Part shown: positions 45,532-56,900 of the stretch, piece by piece
Layout: each line of letters opens with the position of its first letter
How positions within the stretch are numbered: position 1 is the first letter of the stretch
From: Ramazzottius varieornatus
Lineage: Eukaryota; Animalia; Tardigrada
Direction: 5' to 3'
Assembly (NCBI GenBank): GCA_001949185.1
Contig: BDGG01000001.1
Span: 3,799,324 to 3,863,323 of the forward strand
Length of the DNA stretch: 64,000 bases
Notes under the pieces: model-generated
What the model saw: only the letters and a program-made list of their open reading frames with translations
Database searches by the model: none
What the model was told of the DNA's origin: nothing
Made by a program: the position numbers and the translations under genes

Positions 45532-47337
45532 ATGAATAAAGTATTATTACACGTTGTTCTGGTGGCTGTACTCGGGGAACTACTCATCTCGGTATGGGCA
45601 GAAGAGCCGGAAGTACGGCACCATTTAGGGAAGAAATGCGTTGTCAAACGGCGGAACTCCACTCGTCCACATGCGCCAAAATCTCATACGAATCCTGTCG
45701 AGCGTAAGCGTGGTTTCTTGGCGGTATCGAGCATACTGAAGCGACTCCGGAATTGTAAAATATACAGATGAGAACTATAGGTCTGTTTTACGGCTTTCAT
45801 TTTAGAAATATTCCTAAGGGAGCCCAAGATCAAAGAAGATACGTCAGACGTCTCAGCAACGGCAGCACCTGGTCAGTCTGGGGTTGTTAGCGGGGCTCCT
45901 GGTCAAGATGTGGTTGTTCGCTCTATTCAGAACCTCAACGAGGACGAGCAGGAAGTCCACAGTACATCGGCACCCTCCACGACGTCCACCGCTGCCGCCA
46001 GCACTTCGGACACGCAAGGTCAGTTCTTCGGAATGGCAAGCGATGACTTCGACTCAGACACTCTTACTGGAAGTGCCACTGTGAAGTCGGCTAGCCAAGC
46101 AAGTACCACAACCACCACCAGACATGCGCCAACTACTAGCTCTACCACGACTACCAAAGCCACTACGACTACCACCGCAGCAACCAGACTTTCTTCCACA
46201 ACAAAGCCCACCCGAAAACCGACAACAGCGTCCACTGTAGCTACTACTGCTACATTAACCGCTCATAAATTGCCCCCTGTCCAGCTGGAAGGCAGTACAA
46301 GGCCTCAACCTTTCAGGGACCATGCCGCTGCACGCGTTACCAAAGCAGCGCAACCGACCACTACGACTACCCCTCTGGCTACCACCCGACCCACAACACA
46401 AGCTCGAACCAGAAGGACGACCACCACGACAACGGAAGCCCCAACAACTGAAGTTACTGCTGCTACAGAAGCAGCTACGGACGACAGGGGAGTTGAAATT
46501 GACGAGAGCGCCACCAAGATGGAAGTGACCACCACGACGACGACGACAACGCCATCTACCATAGTGACCTCAGCTTCGCGAAAACGTCCGACGAAAGCGC
46601 GAACTCAGTCCAAAGCAACGACCACGTCGACCACAGAAGCACCTACGACTGTTACAACAACGGAAGCCTTAACCACTGAGGCATTCCATGATTTAGCTGA
46701 TCAGGATGTTCCTTCGGCGTTGGAAACAGCCGACAAGGAGAAACGGGCGTTTGCCACACGAAGGCCTATTCCGCGGACACCCCGTTCTCTTTCAGAGTCT
46801 TCTCAGTCCAAAAACGTACTTCTCGATGTAGCAGAGGTGGCTGACAAAGATGATACCACCGGGTTGCAGCGAGTCAACGGTCCAGGTACGCCACTGCTGG
46901 ATGGGTCTTACCTCAGCGACCCCTGGATGTGCCGAGTCAACAAAAGTGTGGTCCGTTCTCCTGTCATCATGAAGACCTGCCAAGGTGTCGAGAAGCAAAT
47001 TGTCGACTTGCGCGTGTATAAACTGGCGGGTATTCCAATCGAAGAATGCGTGTAAGTAATTTCTTCTGTCCGCCGAAAGTGATTAGTGAAAGTGAATATG
47101 ATTGATGAGGTATTTTGTAGGACGACTCCCGTGATTCTCGGTGACCGCTGTACTTCACTGAATGGCGGAAGAGCAAGATGCGCCCAGCGATACGTCAGAT
47201 ACGGTCTAATAGCCAAAGATCTTGACAGCGACAAAAAGGCCCATGAATGCTTCAGATTTCCAAGTGCTTGTCTCTGTCAGATAATTTTAGCCAATACTGC
47301 TGACACCTCTGCGGCTGATGACGTCGGTCAGCTCTAG
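45532..47337 (+). CDS. Spaetzle-like cystine-knot protein with a Thr-rich mucin-like prodomain (exons ~45532-45612, 45806-47051, 47121-47337)
   Basis: Signal MNKVLLHVVLVAVLGELLISVWA; long T-rich region; C-terminal MCR...IEEC|..DRC..RCAQRY..LIA..FRFPSACLC matches the Spaetzle family pattern. Confidence 0.8.
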
Positions 47338-49757
47338 ATCTTGACGAACTTAACCTTCTTCCTACAGTCTTCAAGTGCCGTTCCAGCTCTCTCCGGTCGA
47401 TATCTTCTGGATGAAATGAAAACAATCGTGATTCTTAGGCATATGGGTCCCTCGTGCGCGCCGGTTTTGCTGAGCTCGCGAAAACCTCAATGGTAATTTG
47501 GTTTTCCGGTATCGACTTGCAAATCACATGCTAAATCCCTATCAAAGTCCTCCTTGCATGCATAATCGTGATCTCGTATTGTCGAACAGTTAAGTCCTTT
47601 TGTGCGTCAGTCTTTGCTCGTCTTTCTGCACCAACTGAACCGGAGAGATGTGTTGTACTTTATGGTTTTCCGCGACGTTTCACTTCCGTTGGACCCATCG
47701 TTAGACCGCCGGTGTTCAAACTTTAAAGTCGATATCGAATAGTTCGACATATACCGGTAAAAGCGTAAAAGGTTTGGCGTGGGTTTCAGTTTACTATGAA
47801 ATGCACACAGAATAGACTTTAAAGTAAAGCAAGGAGAGGTGCAAGTAAAAGAGCTCTAGGCAAAGCAAATAGACAATGAAGTCTTTTGTCAATAAAGTTA
47901 TTTCTTACCTGCCGGTTCTGCAGCTAGTGATAACACGAGAAATTTCCTCGGGTTTCCGTATACCGGCATCAGCTGCCAAGCGTACCCGGACTGTACGATC
48001 TGCCAACCGCAAAACGTAAAATTCTACTCACCGCTCTGACAAGTGACTCGGCAAAGGAACCACACTACCTTTTATGTCTTTACAGTTTCGCTCTCGAATA
48101 GACCCGAACAGCTCTTAACGACATCTTTACATCCACTTGGCCACTTTTATACCGAAAACATATCACGGATTTACGCCTTCTGATAGAATAGAGTTTCATC
48201 ACGCCGAGTAACAGGTAATTCGAGTTCCGCGATTCTGACCCGGCTTCACCCTGATTCAACCAACAGCCTCTCGACGTTGGGAAATCGGTCTTGCTGTTCG
48301 CCCTACCCATCAAAAGTGCATTCGTCTGCAGCTTTCCTTCAAATTTGAGCGATTCCAGTATCACGTCCTCATGTGATTGTGGTATGTGCAACGTCGGAAA
48401 GAAGATTGCCGTTAATCATTCTTTTGTATTGTTAGAAGATAGTATTGTTGACCATTGATACTTCGATCTCGCTTACCCGGAATTACAATTATTGGTCCTG
48501 CTATCAGGTAAACGGGCACGGTGAGATAGTGGGTTCCCATAATCCTGTTCATTTGCTCATTTCGAAAAAGTCAACATTGGAACACCCCGTCGATTCGTCG
48601 CTTGTTTTCTGGCCTTTCTGCGCTGGCAGAATTCTTATATCACACGACCGGAAGTCTTTTCCTTACCTAGGAACCAAAGCCATTCATCCGACCGGATACG
48701 TTTTACACGTCGTCCGGCGACAGACCCAAAGGTAAGCATCACAGCGCGCAGCTGCGCTTCGTAACTCGCAAAGTCTCAAATCGTAATCGTCATGGATATA
48801 AAACTTTATGATTCCATAAATTTTGATCGACCGATATTAGAAAACTTCTTTGATTCACCAAAATTATCAACTTAATTTACTGGGAAGTCCGGAACAAGTA
48901 AACCGCGCTTCTCTTCCGGTGGCGCCAAGCCAGCCAGCCCGTCATGGCGGACCATCATATCAACAGCGGCAAAACAGCCGGCTAGTCCGCCGAAACAAAG
49001 AGGGCGCCTCATCAATGTGCTGGAGGCCTTCAAGGTCTCCAATTTGCACGTGCTGCATTCAGCTTGCACGTGCGGATCTCCTTCCATACGAAGATGGATT
49101 CATTGTTTCATAATCACTACCTGTCAAGCATCCTGATCGATTCCCGGTTCAGGCTGTTCTCAAGCAACGATTAGGTGTTCTTTGGGGAAGAAGGCCAAGT
49201 AGGAACGCAGGACGGAGGCTGTACTATGTTTAGCACACAGACGCCCGATCGGTCGTACGTTTGCTTTTTTTGAATTTTTAATTTCATTTCCTGGTTCACC
49301 GAAAATTGTTTTGATATTGTTCGAATGTTCCTACTTGACAAGCAAACGAGCCATAGAAAAGCTATGAACGTGAAGCGGCAGCGATTATATCATTCATTGA
49401 TATGCAGACGTCTTTGACATTGTATGCATGCATGCAAGTGAGCACGTCTGACCGTGGTGAGCGCAAAGTATTGGTCTCTATGACGCAGCTTACGCATTGC
49501 CACCGAATTCACCAGTAAACCCTTTCTGTCGTTTGGCTCGTTTCTACCGGCTACTGTGCGCTGGACTGTTGTAACATCTGGGGAACGGGCGCTTGTAACC
49601 ATACAAAATATCTATCTTGGAAGCGGAATATTCATTTTTATGTTATTTGGAATACGCGATTTCCTCTGGATGATCTGGATATTGGATGGTTGCAGGTTGG
49701 ACAGCGGGGTTACTTTCCAAGTGGATGGACAGGGTCTGAACGTCCATTTGCAGCGAC

Positions 49758-52060
49758 ATGGACATCGTGCTGGATTACTGTGACGAGCACTGGTTGACTC
49801 CCTACGTTTATCCCACTTCCCTTCCTCCTGGGAACGTTTTCAGGCAGCTACTTTCCCTCAGTGTGATCGTCGTCAGCGGCGGATATACCCTCTACTTCCT
49901 AACTGCCGCCCTCAATTATTATTTCATATTTGACCATCGGCTCAAGCTGCATCCGCAGTATCTGAAGGTACGCCGTGTCTGCTGTATGCAAATAATATGC
50001 AGCTTTTTGCTTTGTTATCCCCTCGGGTGGAAAGAAGAAAAAAAAGAAGGCGAATGATTAGCAAGTTGATCGATAATTCTATTCTATACGCTTTACCACC
50101 TGTTTGACTGTCTTTACCTGTCAATATGCCGTGATTTGTAAGAATGCAAGCTTACGGGCAGTTACGTTCTTCCTTGTGATTGCATGTGAACCTCAAAGTC
50201 CATCCTTCGGCGAAGACGTCCATTAGTCAAAGTCAGTCACCCGATTCCTGTCTAGTTTTTGCCGCACGTTGAACGTATCGTGAGAAGCTTCGATGGACTT
50301 TCGAATCTGGACCGCGGCCATTACAGTCCGCTCACTCGAGATCCGTACACTGCCTTGCGAACTCATTTTGAGGCCCGCTATACACACACCACACAGCATG
50401 CCAAGCTTGACGCCAAATTACATAACACATGCTCTACACCGTACTTTAACTGGCGTGATCAAGTAATCAAGTCGCTTGTGTCCGGCTGTGGGGCCATGGC
50501 GAGCAGCCTCGTTGCAGGATTTTCCCATTTCGAAATCAGAAAAAAGTGTACGGATCTTGAGCGAGTGGACTGTACAGTTGACTTGTTATAAATTATGATG
50601 AGTCATCGAAAAAAAAGCCATCAAAGGCGCGCTCAGCCAATATATTAGCGATCCCTCATTGATTTGTATTTATATATTGCAGAATCAAGTACAGATGGAG
50701 ATCGAATGTTCCCTCAAATCGATACCATACATGTCTCTTCTTTCGACGGTCATGTTCCTGTTGGAAGTTCGTGGGCATGGCAAGCTGTTCGACCATTTCA
50801 GCGAGACGTCGTTAGGTAAGAGGAACTCGCATGTGCTGCCCGAGCATGAGCTCGACCTCTGGCCTCCCCATCTGTGCCACCGGTTCTGTTTTACCATACT
50901 TGTTCGGAAATCTAAGCCTAGATTACTCCGGAAGTAAACATGCCAAGCTAAAAATATGAAATTTTGTGTACAAAAGCAACATCTAAGTATATGAGTTAAC
51001 TTTCAAAATTTCGCACGCTGTGAAACTGACCACGCCCTGTTTTTTACAGGATATTGGAGCGTACCAGTCTACAGTGCATCCTTCATCGTCTTCACGGACT
51101 CGCTGATATACTGGATACATCGGGCATTACATTCCAAGTACCTGTATAAACGATTGCACAAGACACATCATAAATGGAAGATACCGACACCGTTCGCCAG
51201 CCATGCCTTTAACCCTATCGACGGGTTTCTGCAGTCTTCGCCGTACCACATTTACGTCTTTCTCTTCCCCATGCACAAATGGACCTACCTAGGTTTGTTT
51301 GTCTTCGTCAATGTTTGGACAGTGTCCATCCATGATGGCAATTACCAGGTTCCTGAAAGGCTGAAACAAATCATCAACGGTGCGGCACATCATATGGACC
51401 ATCACGTCTATTATAACTACAACTATGGGCAGTTTTTCACACTGTGGGATCGCCTCGGAAAGTACGTGCTGCCACCTACCCCAGTACTTTCAGCGCGTAA
51501 AAAACATTCCTCTTTTTCCAAGTTTATTTCCTTTTTGCAAGAAACGCTGAGACGACTAGGGCGACGCACCGTAATTTAGACATAAAACTTTGCGCACTAC
51601 TAGCGTAGACAACTACTGAATGTCTAACTCCAATTGAAAATAAAAAGCTAGTTTGAGCAAGAGTGCGAAATCAGTGTGAAAAGTGATTTGAGATCTTTGC
51701 TCTTTTGATAGGTCGTACCGCAACCCTAGCTCATTCGAAGGAGACGGGCCTCTGCAACAAGTGGAGAAGCGTCAAGAGCTCCAGAGACGCCTATCCCTAT
51801 CGGCTGCCGGTGACATTGCAGAGTCCACAGTTCTTACGGACTCGCCGCCCAGGACGCCCGACGAACCCGAGCGAGAAGTTGAGCTCATACGAGAGACTGT
51901 TATCATAAAGGAGACTATCACGCAGGAAGCAATTCAGGCGACAAGAGAAGTCAACTACGGGTTTAGCAAAGGCCACGTGCGGACGAGGTCTCTTACGCAG
52001 CAATGCGAAGACTTCTTTGCGGAAGCGTTTGCGCAAAACTGTCTGAAGAAGATTGACTAA
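49758..52060 (+). CDS. SC5D: Lathosterol oxidase / sterol C5-desaturase (exons 49758-49967, 50683-50815, 51050-51460, 51712-52060)
   Basis: [20 protein letters not shown]-terminus; His boxes HRALH, HKTHH, HMDHH; [17 protein letters not shown]; [15 protein letters not shown]|[10 protein letters not shown]. Confidence 0.93.
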
Positions 52061-52345
52061 AGTGTTCCTTTTGAGCTGGTTGACGGTTCTTGAGTTCTAC
52101 GAGCGATTAGCTCACCTTCCTTCCTTCTGTTTGTTTGTTACCTTTTACAAAGTGGCAAAATGCCGTTACTTCAGTTTAGATAAAGATTCTTATATTCGAT
52201 CACAATAGTCCACCTTTCGTTAATTTGCATTTTACCACAGTTTTGTACGAAATCTTCCTTATCGACAAAAGCTCTACCTTCTTCAAGCCTGCAAAGTTTT
52301 ATTCGAAAAGCTATGCTATTCGTGAGAGAGATAAAGAAAATTGAA

Positions 52346-53491
52346 TCAAAGAAACGAACCACAGCTCTTCAACGAGAGTAACTGTTTCTTCAGTTCAGAC
52401 TGAAAGTTCTCCGTGCAAAAGGGTTCCTTCGTACAGTCACCAGTCCCGTTCAGAATATCCGGATACTTTTCCGCAATAAGTTGCAATGCGGCTTTCCGTA
52501 AACCAGTGTGTGCTCCATAGTCGTTCGCAATTTTGAAACACCTCAACTCTCCTTCGACCTCCACATTCCTCAGTAAATAATCCGCCGCTTCGTCTATCAA
52601 GCCCGTAACATTGAACATATGCGCCAGTTTGAGTACCTCCACTCCATATCCCATCACCGTTCCTTCATGTAGTATCCCATTGTAACAATAGACCACGAAG
52701 GCCGTGACAGCCGGCGTATGGAACTGTTTGAGCAAGATGTCCGTAGACTCTCCCATATGGTCGATGGCTTCCTTCAAGACATTCGACATTTCTCGCATGA
52801 AAGCTTTGTGCGCAGGCACCCGTTCGTCTTGCGCGGTCACGAAGAATAGGTCGTTAAGGAAGAGCATATCGGGGATAAAGTGCGGTAACGAAGGCGGGTA
52901 CATCTGTCTCCGATTCCCAAACTCCTTCTCACCAAAAGTATCAAAGGCAACGGTCAAAGTCAGACGTAGAGCTCCATGAACGTAGCATCTATCAGTGAAC
53001 AGGGCGGTCAAGTTATCTGGATACTGCCAGCAGTAATAAATAAAGTTCGGGCTGGCTTGGCGAATCGTGGCGGAAGTATCCTCTGTGTCGGCCGGCCCTG
53101 CTGCATTGAACTGTTCGTCTGTGCTGAAGATACTGTGGCCGGCTCGAACCCGAAAGCCCACAGCGTCTTCTGGACAATGGGTCAGAATTAATTGTCCTTC
53201 TACGAAACGCTCCTCCGCTTTACGCTGACGAGGATCTCCGAGGACCAAGACGAGTATCCATCGGGTTCGCTTGGGTCCTTCGAACTCGGGACTACGGATC
53301 TCTGAGTGACGCATAGATAACAGCGCAAAATTGTCGATCGTCCATTTCAGTGTAGACGATACATCGAGATGGATACTATCGGTCACGAAGGTCTCACGAA
53401 GAACCATCTCGGTGTTGTCCTTAGCCATACTATCCGAAGCCATGCTCGCATTACTGGCCACACTGCTATTGACACAAACACTGTTATCCAT
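52346..53491 (-). CDS. Intronless MATH-BTB (SPOP-like) protein
   Basis: MATH-like LKWTIDNF...IRSPEF..TRWILVL; BTB-like DLFFV...VPAHKAFM..MSNVL...FVVYCYNG...VLKLAHMFNVTGL; BACK-like tail. Confidence 0.8.
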   Translation of the reverse strand: MDNSVCVNSSVASNASMASDSMAKDNTEMVLRETFVTDSIHLDVSSTLKWTIDNFALLSMRHSEIRSPEFEGPKRTRWILVLVLGDPRQRKAEERFVEGQLILTHCPEDAVGFRVRAGHSIFSTDEQFNAAGPADTEDTSATIRQASPNFIYYCWQYPDNLTALFTDRCYVHGALRLTLTVAFDTFGEKEFGNRRQMYPPSLPHFIPDMLFLNDLFFVTAQDERVPAHKAFMREMSNVLKEAIDHMGESTDILLKQFHTPAVTAFVVYCYNGILHEGTVMGYGVEVLKLAHMFNVTGLIDEAADYLLRNVEVEGELRCFKIANDYGAHTGLRKAALQLIAEKYPDILNGTGDCTKEPFCTENFQSELKKQLLSLKSCGSFL

Positions 53492-53904
53492 GTTTCGGAT
53501 GGTGCTCCGACCAAAGGGCAAAGTTCAGAACATCCTTCTAATTAGAATTTGGGAGCGAAGGAGTCTGCAGAATCGTTCTAATCGTCACCACGCCAACTAA
53601 ATGCGGCGTAGCTCTCGTCCAAACACACTGAAACAGGAAACTCGCGCGGAGTTTTTTGTACGTACGGAAATCTTGATCGTTTGCTCTCTACAAGAACAAA
53701 ACTAGAGAGAAGTTCCCAGATGAACCATGACTTGAAAACAGAAGAATTTTAAGAAAAAGTCCCGATCGGGGTAACAAACTACAGTACGTGAACGGAAGGT
53801 AGTACTGTAAAAAGGTTTCTGTCGCAGAAAATCACAAATGTGGAGAAATACATCGAGTCAACAAACCTAGTTTGACCATCTCGGCCTACATAGGCTGCGC
53901 AGTA

Positions 53905-56900
53905 CTAAAGCCAAGGATGCCAAGATGGGTCCATGCGACAAAGATTATCCGGACTCTTCGCTTGGTGAATTAGTTTCATTATGGCGCTATCGTGACCGCT
54001 GAACTGGGACACTTCGTTCAGGTCATGCAAAATCTTCTTCACGCCTTTGGCTACCAAAGCTTGTAGGTTCGGGTCGCTAAAGGACGTTGGCAGGTTTGCC
54101 TGCTTTGACGTTCCAGGTTCAGAGTCTTTTATACTGGCTTCGCTGAAGGCGATGCTGCCGGACATCTCTTTGCGGAAGACCATCCAGTATGTCAGCTCGT
54201 CAAAGAAGATTGCTTTCAAGAACGCCTACAAAATTTAAAAACATTGCTCAGTTACACAGGAGTCTGGCTATCGATAAGCGGAAACCCTGCAGTCAAAGTA
54301 CCAATGTTTTCCTGCACCTGCATACACCATTTCATGCATAAACCAATACATTGCAGGTATGCAAGTACGTGCTAAAGGGATATATTTCGTCTCTTCAATC
54401 CAGAAATCAGTTTACCTTGAATTTCTCTTCGTTCTGTTTGAGTGCCCGTGCAGCAGCGACCATGGAGTGATGGAATGGTCCATGAATGCCATAGGGTGTG
54501 AAGAGCTCGGTAAGGTTACCCGTGAGACGGAAGGGTACCGGACGACGTCCTCCGTTCTCAGTTGAGAGCTCACCGTTACTGTCCAGGTCGAACGTGTACG
54601 AGTAGATGCCCTCAACACCCGTTTCCGTGTAGACGTACATCATGTCGGGTGTCGTCTTCGTCAGCCGGAGGAGGTACTCTGCCAGGCACAATATCGCGTG
54701 CGACCGTATCATCTGCAAGCACAAAGAGCACGATGATGATCACGATGCCAAATACAAAACGGTAAAGTCACTACCGTTCTTCGAAACAGGAAGTATTCGT
54801 CACACGACGGATACAACTTTATGAAGTGGTCCTTCAAGACGCGGAGAGGAACCATCTGCGCCTGGATCTCCTTCAGCGAGTCGCGTAAGGTGGCCTGTGG
54901 TGCGATGGCAGCGGGAGCTTTGTGCGCGTTCTGATAACAGAAAGGACGACAAATGACATCATAGAGCTCAACGGTTATGGAAGAAGAATCGTACCGCGAC
55001 CAGTTTCTCGTAAAATTTCATGATGGGTGTATCGGTGTCGATATTCTTCTTGTCCGTATACTTCTTGTAGATGTCGAAGAGGCAGATGGAGGTTTGGCTG
55101 TCTTCCATCAAGCGAACCGCTGGAGCGACCGGCGTGATCCTCGGTACGTAGTACTTCAAGGCACGACGGCTGGCTTCCGGGAAGTCATCCAAGATGGGAT
55201 TCATAGCCATGAACATCTGCAGTATCCTCTCCTCCTTCCTGCCTTGAAGGTTGTTGGAATTGTCGGCCACGATCAGGTACGGGACGATCTCGCCGACGTT
55301 GTTCACAAAGTACAGTCGATGACAGACGAGGTTGTGCTTAAAGACCACGTCCATACGAGGAAGAATCTGAACCACTTTGACCACGTGGTAGTTCCGCTGC
55401 ATACTGTAGTCACCTGTGATACACAAGCCTCTTGGTTGGATAGTCTACAAGTGACTCAGTATTTTCAGCCACAAGACGGACTGTCGATAATACGTGGAAA
55501 GAAAATCACATATCTTCAGAATTAAAGTGAAACAGGGAATACCTGGCAGTTCCATGTCAGCAGTCAGGTTCGTGAAGTTAATCAACGGACGGTAGTTCAC
55601 ATCCAGGTACGAGTGGGTCGTGTGCGATCGAATCTGCTTCTCCAGGGACCGAATCCACTTCTTCAGCTTGCTAATCATCGTCTGGACCAACTTGTTTGAA
55701 TCCAAACTCATGTCAAACTCCTTACAGAAATCTTTCTTCAGCTTCATGTAATCCGCACTTGACTAAGGGGACAAAATATTTATCTCATTTATCGACACTG
55801 TTGAATGACGAAGAAGACTTGCCAGCAAGTTCTGCGCTCGTTTCGTGATAGCTTCCGAGGCCACATCGCCTAAAACTTTACTAGCCGACGACGCTCCACT
55901 TCCGGGTTCTTGGTACACCCCAGTACCGAAGCTCCTGACGATGGTGGTCATGTACTGCAGCATGCTGGGTGTCATCTTGGCGTGCATGACTTGCTCCTTG
56001 TTGTCGAAGGCTAAGGCGTAGCATCTCTTCAGTGCTTGGATCAAGTGCGCGTGGAGCTCTTCGTACCACCTTTCCGGTGCCATCGAGATGTTGAAGATCT
56101 GGTTGGCAAAGTTCTCCAGAGCGTTGCAGACCGTCGGCTGCGTGTCGGATATGGCCTTCATCACCCTCACGCAGTTGTTGATGAAGGGTGTAGCCCGAAT
56201 GGTGCTGCCATCTCCTTCGCCGTGCGATTCGGGTTCTACAGCAGTGGGCGCCACTGACGGAGCTAAAATAATCAACAACATCGTCACCAACATGCATACA
56301 ACAGCATCACCCACCCCTGCACAACTTAACGTATGCAGGTGCCTGATGTACGACCGATTCATCTGCTGTCAGTGAAGAGACCAAATATTCGTGCACCTGC
56401 ATACCGGTAACTACCGGCCGGAGCATAGCCGAGTTGTATGCAGCTGCCTGAAAGATCGGCCATTTTGTTCGCCGCGGTGCATAACTATGACCTACCGTTG
56501 ACGGTGTCTTTTCCTTGGCGTCGTCTCTTGTTCGCGGGGGTCTTGGCTTCGTGGGCGAGACCGACGACTGCAGCACCCATCGGAGACTTCAGGTCGCGGC
56601 TAGTGTGGACGGCTTTCATCTGGTAGTAGTACGTGCGGACGTGGAGGAAGACTGGCTGTGGGTTCTGCTTGGCTACATGGATCAGCATAGTGCAAGCGGC
56701 TTCGGCGGTCTCTTCTCGCATCATTAGGTGGATAAGTTGGGGTATCCAGAAGACCAACACCGAGTTGGGTATAACTGCAAAACAACAACTTAGGCTTCAG
56801 ATTTTGTTTTCAGTGAAAGAACATCACTTGGAAAATGCTTACTGAATGTGCACTGGACTGCTTCTTCGATACCGGCCGAAATCGTCCTGGTGGAATCATC

